Part shown: piece by piece, positions 25,781 through 34,780 of the stretch
How positions within the stretch are numbered: the stretch's first letter is position 1
How the letters are laid out: every line of letters starts with the position of its first letter
IMG/VR virus record: IMGVR_UViG_3300048850_000049
Coordinates: 55,864 to 119,863 of that record
Origin: a virus
Lineage: Duplodnaviria; Heunggongvirae; Uroviricota; Caudoviricetes
Strand: one strand, 5' to 3'
DNA: 64,000 bases
The notes under the pieces: model-generated
What the model was told of the DNA's origin: nothing
The model's database searches: none
Seen by the model: only the letters and a program-made list of their open reading frames with translations
Translations under genes and position numbers: made by a program

Positions 25781-27718
25781 ATGAAGTTCCCCGAACTCAA
25801 TATCAAAAATTTCCTCGCCCTCACCGAGGCGAAGATCAAGCTCTCGGATCGAGGCTTGGTTCTCATCCAGGGCGAGAACAAGGCTGATACCTCGGCCAAT
25901 TCGAACGGCGCCGGCAAGTCATCCATTCCAGACGCACTTTGCTGGTGCTGGTTTGGCACGACGGCTCGCGGTGTATCCGGCGACGAGGTGGTCAATCGTG
26001 ATGCGAAAAAGGATTGCGTCGTCGAGTCCGTGGTTCAGGACGGTCATATGACCTACACCGCGACCAGGCACCGCAAGCACAAGACCGGCAAGAACACCTT
26101 CACGCTGAAGTCCTTCGACGGCATGAAGGAAATCGATCTTACCAAGGGCACCGAGAAGCTGACCCAGGAGGTTGCGAGCGCCATCATCGGCTGTTCTCTC
26201 GAAGTGTTCTCGGGCTCGATCTACGCGGGCCAGGATGAGATGCCTGACCTTCCGGCAATGACCGACAAGCAGTTGAAGATGCTGATCGAGGAAGCTGCCG
26301 GCGTCACGGTGCTCGAGGCTGCCTATAAGAAGGCTCGTGAGGATCACGGCACGGCGACGACCGCTTTGACCGAAGCCCGGACCAATGTCGACAAGGCAGA
26401 GAGCCAGGCAGCGTTCATGCGCTCGCAGCTGGTCTCCGTAAAGGGCGAGGTTGGCTCCTGGGAAGGCTTGAAGGTCTTCCGGATGGATAACGTCAAGTCG
26501 GACATCAACGCGATCGTGCCCAAGCTCCGGCAGCTTATGGATGATATCGCAGCCATCGATCCCGCTGACCTTGAGGCGAAGATCAAGGATTGCGATGTAA
26601 AGATCGTCGCGGTCGCCGCGGAGCAGACTGAACTTGCACGGCTCCTCGCGAGCGCTTCAAAAGCCGAAAGCAGGCTTCGCATCGCGGAAAGCAATTACAC
26701 GCGGATGCAGCGTGAACATGCCTCTATCAAGATCGAAGTTGATGGCATTGTTCATAGGGTCGGTTGTCCTTGCAATGAATGCGGCCGTCCTCTTACTCCC
26801 GCCGAACTCGCAGACGCGACCAAGGCAGCCGAAGGAAGGCTTACGAGCAAGCATACCGAACTGATGAATGCGGAGTCGGAAAAGGAGGCTGCAGAAGCTG
26901 AATTTAACGACGCTCAGCGTGAACGGGACGAATATGCTGCATCGATGACTGACATCAGCGCGGTCAGCGCCCAGCGTCTTGTATTCGAACGTGGCCTTGC
27001 TGTTTACAACGGTCTCGTATCGCAGCAGAGCGTGCTGACCAGCCAGGCTCGAACCCTTCGCGATCAGCTTTTAGCCATTCAGGCCGAGACCAATCCGCAT
27101 GAAGCGACGGTCAAGAAGCTCGAAACGTCCCTCACCGCTCTTGAGGACAGTCTCGTCAGTCTGCGCAAGCAGGTCTTGGTAGAAGAGGAGACCGTCGCGC
27201 TTGAGGCAGAGGTAGTCAAGATCTATTCGCCGGCCGGCGTCCGCGCCCATGTCCTCGATGACGTGACGCCGTTCCTTAATACGCAGTCCGCCAAGTATCT
27301 CGTCACTCTGTCCGACGGCAACATCGAAGCCACCTGGAACACGCTGACGCCGGATGCGAAGGGTAATCTGAAGGAGAAGTTCACCATCGACGTGACCAAC
27401 GCGACGGGCGGCGAAAGCTTCAAGAGCATGTCGGGCGGTGAGAAGCGGAAGGTGCGTATCGCTACGGCGCTCGCGCTGCAGGATCTGGTCGCTACCCGCG
27501 CATCAAAGCCCATTGACCTGTTCATCGGCGATGAAATCGATGACGCGCTCGATCCGGCCGGTCTGGAACGGCTCATGATGATCCTCGAGGAGAAGGCTCG
27601 CGAACGTGGATCGGTCTTTGTGATCTCCCATAACGAGCTCCGCGACCACATCAAGCAGGTTCTCCTGGTTGAGAAGCTGCCGAACAAGACCACGAGGATT
27701 ACGGAGATTGCAGCATGA
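25781..27718 (+). CDS. sbcC: SbcC/Rad50-like ATPase (gp46-like)
   Basis: Walker A GAGKSS, zinc hook CPCNEC, signature MSGGEKRK, Walker B LFIGDEID. Confidence 0.8.
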   Translation: MKFPELNIKNFLALTEAKIKLSDRGLVLIQGENKADTSANSNGAGKSSIPDALCWCWFGTTARGVSGDEVVNRDAKKDCVVESVVQDGHMTYTATRHRKHKTGKNTFTLKSFDGMKEIDLTKGTEKLTQEVASAIIGCSLEVFSGSIYAGQDEMPDLPAMTDKQLKMLIEEAAGVTVLEAAYKKAREDHGTATTALTEARTNVDKAESQAAFMRSQLVSVKGEVGSWEGLKVFRMDNVKSDINAIVPKLRQLMDDIAAIDPADLEAKIKDCDVKIVAVAAEQTELARLLASASKAESRLRIAESNYTRMQREHASIKIEVDGIVHRVGCPCNECGRPLTPAELADATKAAEGRLTSKHTELMNAESEKEAAEAEFNDAQRERDEYAASMTDISAVSAQRLVFERGLAVYNGLVSQQSVLTSQARTLRDQLLAIQAETNPHEATVKKLETSLTALEDSLVSLRKQVLVEEETVALEAEVVKIYSPAGVRAHVLDDVTPFLNTQSAKYLVTLSDGNIEATWNTLTPDAKGNLKEKFTIDVTNATGGESFKSMSGGEKRKVRIATALALQDLVATRASKPIDLFIGDEIDDALDPAGLERLMMILEEKARERGSVFVISHNELRDHIKQVLLVEKLPNKTTRITEIAA

Positions 27719-28143
27719 ACGAGGAAATCAAGTTCGAACCCGCCTATCCCGGCGATCTGACCGAGCTGTTGAGGTTCGCGTTCTCGGCAGGCGGTGAATA
27801 TAGGCACCCGCTCGACATGACCGAAGCTGATAAGGAGCGCTGGAAGGAATACGCCAAGACTCCCGTTCCGCGCTCGACCTATCAGCGCGTCGAACATGCA
27901 CTCGCACATTCTGTCATCACCGACGAAATGGTCGAGCGCGCCGCTAAGGCTCTCGAAAAGAAGACCATGCAGGACACTTACGAGTGGACCGACGAGGAAT
28001 TCGAGATCTGGTGGAACAAAGATTCCCGTTTCATCGCGAGGAAGCGTGTTTGGGCATTCTTCGAAGGCACGGAGAGGGAAAAGTGTCTGTATGAGGCACG
28101 TATTCTCCTTGAGGCGGCATTTAATTCGGAGAAAAAGGCATGA
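27715..28143 (+). CDS. Hypothetical protein
   Basis: Coupled ORF. Confidence 0.4.
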   Translation: MNEEIKFEPAYPGDLTELLRFAFSAGGEYRHPLDMTEADKERWKEYAKTPVPRSTYQRVEHALAHSVITDEMVERAAKALEKKTMQDTYEWTDEEFEIWWNKDSRFIARKRVWAFFEGTEREKCLYEARILLEAAFNSEKKA

Positions 28144-28439
28144 ACCGACGCGAACACCTTTTGACCATCCTCGGCGAAGAAGGCGTCGAAGTCTCGCAGC
28201 GTTGCTCGAAAGCATTGCGGTTTGGTCTTGATGAGGTTCAGCCCGGCCAGGAGCTGACCAATGCGCAGCGCATCCGTGGTGAATATATCGACCTGCTCGC
28301 AGTCATGCGGATGCTTGTAGAGGAAGGCGCTATCGAGCCTTTGACGGATCCTTCCTTCATGCAGGCTATGGAAGACAAGCGACAGAAGGTCGAGAAGTTC
28401 CTCGAATACTCCCGGCAGTGCGGAACGCTCACCGAATAG
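28140..28439 (+). CDS. Hypothetical protein
   Basis: Coupled ORF. Confidence 0.4.
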   Translation: MNRREHLLTILGEEGVEVSQRCSKALRFGLDEVQPGQELTNAQRIRGEYIDLLAVMRMLVEEGAIEPLTDPSFMQAMEDKRQKVEKFLEYSRQCGTLTE

Positions 28440-28452
28440 GCGCAACAATCAG

Positions 28453-28499
28453 CGCAGTCCCGATAGATTTGCGCTATAAAGTAAGTAAGCACTTATTTA
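28453..28499 (+). promoter_or_regulatory. Promoter (CGCAGTCCCGAT .. TTTGCGCTATAA) plus palindrome AGTAAGTAAGCACTTATTTAC
   Basis: Upstream of gene 28513. Confidence 0.55.
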
Positions 28500-28512
28500 C
28501 TAGGAGATCGAA

Positions 28513-29007
28513 ATGGCAAAAGCAAAAGAGGACCTGAGCCCCGAGGCAAAGAGGATCATGGAAGAGATCGGCAACGAAGTCGTTGCGGCTCTGAAGGGTG
28601 AGTTCTTTGAGGTCGAAGGCGCGCCGATGTCGGTCGTCAAGTATGAGGATAACCGCATTCGTCAAAAGCCTCTCATGCCGACCTGGCTCTTTCAGTTCGA
28701 ATACGCCTACGTCGGCGGAATGGGCCGCATTCAGTTCGGTCTCTCGCCGGAAGACGCGCAGGAATACAAGTTCATCGAAATGAACCCGAAGGAGCTTGAT
28801 CGCGCGTTTCCGCTTGTCGGCGCAGCAGTCGCAAAGCACTACGGCGTTGAAGGTGAGAACCTGAAGATCCTGCTGGACGAAATCTTCGCCAAGCGCATCG
28901 ACACCGTGGCCGCTGCACAGGAGAAGGCGCGTGAAGAGGCTGCTGCATCCTACGAGGCAAATCCGATCTTTGGAGCCTTCTTAATTCCCAACTTTGGAGC
29001 CTTTTAA
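28513..29007 (+). CDS. Hypothetical protein with a tandem C-terminal NPIFGAF-LIPNFGAF tail
   Basis: Promoter plus palindrome upstream; RBS AGGAG; duplicated FGAF tail. Confidence 0.45.
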   Translation: MAKAKEDLSPEAKRIMEEIGNEVVAALKGEFFEVEGAPMSVVKYEDNRIRQKPLMPTWLFQFEYAYVGGMGRIQFGLSPEDAQEYKFIEMNPKELDRAFPLVGAAVAKHYGVEGENLKILLDEIFAKRIDTVAAAQEKAREEAAASYEANPIFGAFLIPNFGAF

Positions 29008-29582
29008 TGGCTAAGATTATGGTCGCAGGGCTCGATGGATCCCTTCGCAACTTTGGTATCGCTCGCATGTGGCTCGATACCGTCACCCTCGATTTGTCGG
29101 TCCAGGATCTGATCCTAATCAAGACCGAAAAGTCCAAGGACAAACAGGTTCGCAGGTCATCAGATTATCTCAGCGCCGCGATCGCGCTTAAGGAAGGCTG
29201 CCAGAAGGCCATGTTGGGTGTCACCACTGCGTTCTACGAGGTTCCGGCAGGTGGTCAGGATTACAACGCCGTCATGGGCTTTGGGATCGTTATCGGCACC
29301 TATGCGAGCCTTGCTGTTCCGGGCGCAGAGGTTTCTCCTGGCGAAACCAAGAAGGCTGCAGTTGGCACGAAGACGGCTTCGAAGCAGGAGATGATTGAAT
29401 GGGCGATGGAGAAGTTTCCCGAGGCACCCTGGCGCACCCGCAAGCTCAAGGGCGAAATCGTGCCGACCAATGACAATGAGCATCTGGCCGACGCTGTGGC
29501 GATTGTCCATGCTGGGATTATGACGCCTAGTTTCAAGCAAACGCTCGCCATCCTGAACCAGAGCTTTCCCATTGCGGCGTAA
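29007..29582 (+). CDS. ruvC: RuvC-like Holliday junction resolvase
   Basis: IMVAGLDGSLRNFGIA (RuvC N-terminal DxG motif) and NDNEHLADAVAIVHAG (RuvC C-terminal catalytic D/E-containing helix). Confidence 0.65.
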   Translation: MAKIMVAGLDGSLRNFGIARMWLDTVTLDLSVQDLILIKTEKSKDKQVRRSSDYLSAAIALKEGCQKAMLGVTTAFYEVPAGGQDYNAVMGFGIVIGTYASLAVPGAEVSPGETKKAAVGTKTASKQEMIEWAMEKFPEAPWRTRKLKGEIVPTNDNEHLADAVAIVHAGIMTPSFKQTLAILNQSFPIAA

Positions 29583-29598
29583 TTAATTTTTGTCAAGT

Positions 29599-29654
29599 CT
29601 AGTAAGTAATCACTTACTTATCTATCCTGTGAACCCAACCATCGTGTTGGGTTC
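29599..29654 (+). promoter_or_regulatory. Operator-type palindrome AGTAAGTAATCACTTACTTA followed by a 9-bp-stem leader hairpin GAACCCAAC-CATCGT-GTTGGGTTC
   Basis: Upstream of the nrdB-nrdA-grx operon; no T-run after the hairpin. Confidence 0.4.
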
Positions 29655-29683
29655 AATCAACTCAAATACCGACGGAACAGACC

Positions 29684-30649
29684 ATGCTTTTTGAACGCCA
29701 GGTCGAACGCCTTCCCGACCTCTATCCATGGGCGCAAGACTATATCGAAGCTATGCAGGAAGGCTTTTGGACTGCGAAGAAGTTCACCTTCGACAGCGAT
29801 GCCACTGACTACGAACTCAACCTCACCGACCAGGAACGGCTGATTACCAAGCGCTGTCTCGCCGCGATCGCGCAGATCGAGGTAGCGGTCAAGAAGTTCT
29901 GGACCAGGCTCGGCGATAATCTGCCTCATCCATCGATCACCGATCTTGGCATCACGATGGGCTACATCGAGGTCATTCACAACAATGCCTACGAGAAGTT
30001 GCTCCGGAAGCTCGGCCTGACCAATGTGTTCAAGGAGAACATGTCGGTCCCTGCCCTCGCCGGCCGCGTCGCTTATCTCAATAAGCACAATGACAAGACC
30101 TACGGCGACGACCGCAAGCAGTATATCTACAGCCTGATCCTCTTCACGCTGTTTGTGGAAAATGTCAGCCTTTTCAGCCAGTTCTACATCGTTCTTTGGC
30201 TCAATCGGTTCGACAACCGCTTCAAGGATCTAGCGCAGCAGGTGAAATACACCCGCAATGAGGAGTTGCTCCACGCCCAGGCCGGCACGCGGATCATCAA
30301 TACCCTCCGCAAGGAATACCCGGAGCTGTTTGACGACGAGCTCCGCGCCAAGATTCAGGAAGAGTGTGCCGTCGCTTATGACGCCGAGGCCAAGCTGATT
30401 GACTGGATGATCGGCGACTATGACCGGCCGAGGCTCAATGCAGAAATCCTCAAGGGCTATGTCGCACAGCGGCTGAACGAAAGCCTCGAGGGTATTGGCT
30501 ACGAGCCGATGTTCACCGTCACCGAAGAGCAGAAGGCTGAGACCTTCTGGATGACCGAAGGGCTTCTGGCACCTTCGAAGGTCGATTTCTTCCACTCAGA
30601 ACCCACCGAATACCAGCAGGCCGACCAGCCTGATGACGATGAATTTTAA
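29684..30649 (+). CDS. nrdB: Ribonucleotide reductase class I beta subunit (R2)
   Basis: Ferritin-like ExxH pairs (IEVIHNNAY; NEELLHAQAG) and FVENVSLFSQFY. Confidence 0.75.
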   Translation: MLFERQVERLPDLYPWAQDYIEAMQEGFWTAKKFTFDSDATDYELNLTDQERLITKRCLAAIAQIEVAVKKFWTRLGDNLPHPSITDLGITMGYIEVIHNNAYEKLLRKLGLTNVFKENMSVPALAGRVAYLNKHNDKTYGDDRKQYIYSLILFTLFVENVSLFSQFYIVLWLNRFDNRFKDLAQQVKYTRNEELLHAQAGTRIINTLRKEYPELFDDELRAKIQEECAVAYDAEAKLIDWMIGDYDRPRLNAEILKGYVAQRLNESLEGIGYEPMFTVTEEQKAETFWMTEGLLAPSKVDFFHSEPTEYQQADQPDDDEF

Positions 30650-30662
30650 TAAGGAAATGGAA

Positions 30663-32345
30663 ATGCGTGAAGACTACGCCTGGCTGAACCAGGAATCCCT
30701 TACTACGCTTTCTCGCGGCTATTTGCGGGACGGCATCAAGCGTGAAGATCTGAAGGACGCGGCGATCGCTCGCGTCAATGAGATTGTCGACACCGCTGAG
30801 CAGATCCTCGGCCGGAAGCTGCCGACGCTGCGGCACGGCATCAAGCGCGGGTGGGTATCGCCCGCCTCCCCTGTCTGGTCGAACTTCGGCGCAGGTCGTG
30901 GTTTGCCGATCTCATGCAACGGCTCCTTTATGGACGACGACATGGACTCGATCCTGTTCAAGAACGCCGAAATCGGCGCGATGACCAAGGAAGGTGCCGG
31001 CACGTCGCTCTACATGGGCAAGCTGCGCGGCTTCGGCAAGGCGATCCGTGGTGGTGGGGTTTCGGAAGGGCCGACGCACTTCGCACGTCTGCCGCAGGAA
31101 CAGGTTACGGTCGTCTCACAGGGCAATACCCGTCGCGGCAACTGTGCCGTCTACCTCGACATCGAGCATGACGACATCGACCGCTGGATGGAGATGCGTT
31201 CGACCGCAGGCGGCGTGCATCACCCGATCCAGCATCTGTCCTTTGGTGTCGTCATCGGCGACGAGTGGATGAACGCCATGCTGGCCGAGGAAAAGGGCGG
31301 CCCGAAGCGCAAGCTGATGGCGAAGATCCGCAACAAGCGCCGTGAGACTGGCTTCCCCTACATCGTTTTCCGCGACAATGCGAACAAGGCACGGCCTGAA
31401 GTTCTCAAGCGGTTGAAGCTTTATATCTACGCCTCGAATCTCTGCACCGAGATCATGCTGCACTCCGGCCCGGACGAAAGCTTCGTCTGTGATCTCTCGT
31501 CCGTGAACCTTCTCTATTACGATGAATGGAAGGGAACGAATTTCGTTCGGGAGATGATCTATCTCCTCGATGCGGTCATGACCGAATACATCGAGAAGAC
31601 CGCAGGTAAGCGCCTTCTGGCGGACGCACATCGCTTTGCTGTCCGTTGGCGCGCACTTGGCCTCGGAACGCTTGGCTGGCACTCTTATCTGCAGTCGCGG
31701 ATGATCCCGATCGAAAGCGACGATGCTCGCCGTCTGAACATCGAGATCCATGAATATGTCGGCGCAGAGTCCCACGCAGCTTCGAAGGAACTGGCGCAGC
31801 TCTTTGGCGAACCGGAAGGTCTGATTGGAACGGGCTATCGCAACCTAACGGTTAACGCGATCGCGCCGACCACTTCGTCCTCGATCATCTGCGGCCAGGT
31901 CTCGCAGTCCATCGAGCCTTGGGAAGCGGTTGTCTTTGAGAACGACAACGCCAAGAGCGTTTTCACCAACTACAACCCGATCTTCGTCGATCTGCTCAAG
32001 GCACGCGGCAAGAACACGGCCGAGGTCTGGACTTCGATCCTGCAGGCAGGCGGCCGCGTCAGTCATCTGGAATTCCTCTCACCGCTTGAAAAGGAAGTGT
32101 TCAAGCCGTGGGTTGAAATTAACCAGGAGGAGCTGGTCCGTCAGAACGCAGACCGTCAGAAGTTCATCGACCAGGGCATCTCCTTTAACGTCAAGATGCC
32201 GGCAGAGGCTTCGATGAAGGACGATATCGACCTGATCGTGCTCGGATGGAAGCTTGGGCTCAAGTCCTTCTATTACCGCAAGGGTGTCAACAAGGCGCAG
32301 GAGCTCGCTCGCGCGAACGCTTCCTGTGCGGCATGTGAGGCGTAA
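30663..32345 (+). CDS. nrdA: Ribonucleotide reductase class I alpha subunit (no ATP-cone)
   Basis: Active-site NLCTEIML; C-terminal CAACEA cysteine pair; RBS AAGGA 7 nt upstream. Confidence 0.8.
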   Translation: MREDYAWLNQESLTTLSRGYLRDGIKREDLKDAAIARVNEIVDTAEQILGRKLPTLRHGIKRGWVSPASPVWSNFGAGRGLPISCNGSFMDDDMDSILFKNAEIGAMTKEGAGTSLYMGKLRGFGKAIRGGGVSEGPTHFARLPQEQVTVVSQGNTRRGNCAVYLDIEHDDIDRWMEMRSTAGGVHHPIQHLSFGVVIGDEWMNAMLAEEKGGPKRKLMAKIRNKRRETGFPYIVFRDNANKARPEVLKRLKLYIYASNLCTEIMLHSGPDESFVCDLSSVNLLYYDEWKGTNFVREMIYLLDAVMTEYIEKTAGKRLLADAHRFAVRWRALGLGTLGWHSYLQSRMIPIESDDARRLNIEIHEYVGAESHAASKELAQLFGEPEGLIGTGYRNLTVNAIAPTTSSSIICGQVSQSIEPWEAVVFENDNAKSVFTNYNPIFVDLLKARGKNTAEVWTSILQAGGRVSHLEFLSPLEKEVFKPWVEINQEELVRQNADRQKFIDQGISFNVKMPAEASMKDDIDLIVLGWKLGLKSFYYRKGVNKAQELARANASCAACEA

Positions 32346-32348
32346 GAA

Positions 32349-32567
32349 ATGGCGTATCTCATCATGACGAGGCCGGGTTGCTCCTATTGCGTCAAGGCAA
32401 AGACGCTCCTCAAGAACAACAAGCTGCCCTTTGCGATCACCGATCACGACACTCCTGAAAAGGTCGAGACGTTTAAGGCGGCTGGCTACAAGACCTTCCC
32501 TCAGGTGTTTCACGACGGGGTTCTGGTCGGCGGTTATGACCAGCTGGTCGAATACCTGGAATTCTGA
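32349..32567 (+). CDS. Glutaredoxin/NrdH-like redoxin
   Basis: 72 aa with a CSYC active site. Confidence 0.7.
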   Translation: MAYLIMTRPGCSYCVKAKTLLKNNKLPFAITDHDTPEKVETFKAAGYKTFPQVFHDGVLVGGYDQLVEYLEF

Positions 32568-32568
32568 A

Positions 32569-32597
32569 AGGGGCGCTTCGGCGCCTCTCTCTTTTTG
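32569..32597 (+). terminator. Intrinsic terminator (AGGGGCGC-TTCG-GCGCCTCT plus CTCTTTTTG)
   Basis: After the glutaredoxin stop. Confidence 0.55.
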
Positions 32598-32645
32598 TGC
32601 AGTCCCGAGAACATTTCGCTATAAGTTAAGTAAGCACTTACTGAC
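32598..32645 (+). promoter_or_regulatory. Promoter (TGCAGTCCCGAG .. CGCTATAA) plus palindrome GTTAAGTAAGCACTTACTGAC
   Basis: Upstream of gene 32655; overlaps the upstream terminator. Confidence 0.55.
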
Positions 32646-32654
32646 GAGGCAATT

Positions 32655-33062
32655 ATGACTGATGAAGAACTGGAGAGGCGCGGAAAGCAGGTGTTCGACA
32701 AGTTCAGCACCGCTGACAAGGACGCTCTCAAGTGGTTCTTGACCGGCCAGATCCAGAACATTCTCGCGAATGAACATGGCATCGGCGGAAAGAAGGATAT
32801 CGCCAGCCAGGTGGATCGCCGGGTTGAGGCACGGATCGCTTCATTCGCCAGCGACGACAAGCTGATGCAGCGCCTGGCTACGCTCCTCGCAAAGGATCGG
32901 CGCATCGACTTCGCCAAGCTCATCACAGACGCGGCCCGACACGAGGCACAAGACGCCATCAAGAAGGCTGCCGGCACTGCCGCAAGCCGCGTCAAGGTTC
33001 ACGTCTTCATAGAGCCGGATCCCAACGAACCGGCAGAAACCACCGCTTTTGGAGCATTTTAA
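32655..33062 (+). CDS. Hypothetical protein with C-terminal TAFGAF tail
   Basis: Promoter plus palindrome upstream; ends ..ETTAFGAF. Confidence 0.45.
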   Translation: MTDEELERRGKQVFDKFSTADKDALKWFLTGQIQNILANEHGIGGKKDIASQVDRRVEARIASFASDDKLMQRLATLLAKDRRIDFAKLITDAARHEAQDAIKKAAGTAASRVKVHVFIEPDPNEPAETTAFGAF

Positions 33063-33069
33063 GGAGAAA

Positions 33070-33363
33070 ATGATGTTCAACTTCCTGCGTCGGCCTGCGC
33101 CGATCAATTTAACCGTCAATATCAGCGGCGCGGAAATCGCAAAGCAGGCAGATGTCCGGATTTCCGAGCTTCTGACCGACAACAACGCCAAGCTGCAGAC
33201 CATCCGTGACCAGAAGGCTTTGATTGCCCGCCTGGTGGACGCTGCAGACGCCGGCGAGAATCTCCTCATCGAAAAGAGCGAGTTCACCGGCTACTGCGGT
33301 TCAAACCTCGAGAAGGCTACCTTCGAGGCTATCCGTGACGGAAAGACGTTCCTCAATGTCTAA
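33070..33363 (+). CDS. Hypothetical protein
   Basis: AGGAG RBS then ATG at 33070. Confidence 0.4.
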   Translation: MMFNFLRRPAPINLTVNISGAEIAKQADVRISELLTDNNAKLQTIRDQKALIARLVDAADAGENLLIEKSEFTGYCGSNLEKATFEAIRDGKTFLNV

Positions 33364-33370
33364 GGAACGT

Positions 33371-34315
33371 ATGTTCGCGAAGGTCGTGCTTGCAAGCAAG
33401 CCGACCAACGGCGCTCTGCCGCTCTTCTCAATCCACATGCACTATCCGGACATCATCCACGGCGAAGTGCTGACGCACCGGAAGTTTGGACGAAATGCCC
33501 GTTCCATGCGGGCAACGCCCATCAAGACCTTGCTCGAGGAGATCCGCAAGGATCCGTTTGTGCCCTGGCACTGGGGTAAGAACCAGAAGGGAATGCAGGC
33601 AAGCGAGGAAAACAACTCGTTGGTCTCTGTCCCGACCTTCAACGGCGGATGCGAGGATCTTACGCGGGAAGACGCATGGCTGCGTGGCCGTGATTTTGCT
33701 GCGATGGTTGCAGAAGGCTACGCGCTTTCCGACTATCATAAGCAGGTCGCAAACCGCATCATCGCGCCCTACACCTGGAAGCATACGCTGATCAGCTCGA
33801 CCAGCTGGGCGAACTTCCTTCATCTGCGCGATCATGAGGATGCCGAACCGCATTTCCACGATCTTGCGGCTTTGGTCCGTGAAGCTCTGGCCGGCGCACA
33901 GTTCCAGCTCCTCGAGCATGGCGACTGGCACCTCCCGTATGTCACTCCGCAGGAAAAGAAGTTCCACAGCCTCGACGTTTTGCGAAAGCTGTCCGTAGCC
34001 CGCTGCGCCCGTATCTCCTACGCGCCGTTCGACGGCAATCCGTCGGTCGATCGGGAACTTGAACGCTACGACCTTCTGGTTGGATCCTCACCGCTTCACG
34101 CTTCGCCCACCGAGCATCAGGCCACTCCGGACAGTCAGTCAACCTACCGGCTTCAGGTGAAGACTTTCGAAGGCGGAAATGGGTTCGATCGCTGGGAGAC
34201 TGTCTCGGAAGACAACAGCTGGAACCACTCCGATCTTTCCGGAAACTTCGATCCTGGCTGGATCCAGTTCCGCAAGACCCTTCCTCTCGAATTCATCAAG
34301 GATATAGCAGCATGA
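33371..34315 (+). CDS. Divergent ThyX-like (flavin-dependent thymidylate synthase family) protein with a C-terminal extension
   Basis: THRKFGRNARSMRA versus the ThyX RHRxxSxxxxSxRY motif, and SWANFLHLRDHEDAE versus ThyX NARSLMNFLNLRADSHAQ; AAGGA RBS. Confidence 0.4.
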   Translation: MFAKVVLASKPTNGALPLFSIHMHYPDIIHGEVLTHRKFGRNARSMRATPIKTLLEEIRKDPFVPWHWGKNQKGMQASEENNSLVSVPTFNGGCEDLTREDAWLRGRDFAAMVAEGYALSDYHKQVANRIIAPYTWKHTLISSTSWANFLHLRDHEDAEPHFHDLAALVREALAGAQFQLLEHGDWHLPYVTPQEKKFHSLDVLRKLSVARCARISYAPFDGNPSVDRELERYDLLVGSSPLHASPTEHQATPDSQSTYRLQVKTFEGGNGFDRWETVSEDNSWNHSDLSGNFDPGWIQFRKTLPLEFIKDIAA

Positions 34316-34569
34316 AGAAGTTCGCCCTTCTCGCGGCAGTTGCCGCAACCTCGCTCCTCGCCGGCTGCGGTGTGGATCCGGACAATGCTCGCCGCGCCCT
34401 GGAAGCGCAGGGCATCACCAACGTCCAGATCGGCGGACATGCCTTCTTCGGTTGCGACAAGAATGATCAGTTCGCGTCCAATTTCACCGGCGTCGGCGTC
34501 AATGGCAAGCCTATCTCCGGCGTTCTGTGCGGCGGGATCTTCAAGGGCATCACCGTTCGCTATGACTAA
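34312..34569 (+). CDS. Small lipoprotein
   Basis: Signal peptide plus lipobox LLAGC. Confidence 0.55.
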   Translation: MKKFALLAAVAATSLLAGCGVDPDNARRALEAQGITNVQIGGHAFFGCDKNDQFASNFTGVGVNGKPISGVLCGGIFKGITVRYD

Positions 34570-34768
34570 TCGCAGCGAGACTTCCTCCCACACCGCCTTT
34601 GAGATCGTGGAGCAGCGTAACGGCTTCCACTATCGCTGGCCCGCAGACGACGAGACCGCGCTTCTTCGCGGTCCCTTCCCCAATCGTGGCGCGGCTGAAA
34701 CCGCAGCCATGAAGACGATCGAAGAATTTCTAGCCGAAAGCGTCCTGTCGGCGTTTGGCATCAACTAA
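34562..34768 (+). CDS. Hypothetical small protein
   Basis: ATG overlaps the upstream stop. Confidence 0.35.
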   Translation: MTNRSETSSHTAFEIVEQRNGFHYRWPADDETALLRGPFPNRGAAETAAMKTIEEFLAESVLSAFGIN

Positions 34769-34780
34769 GGAGAATACAAA

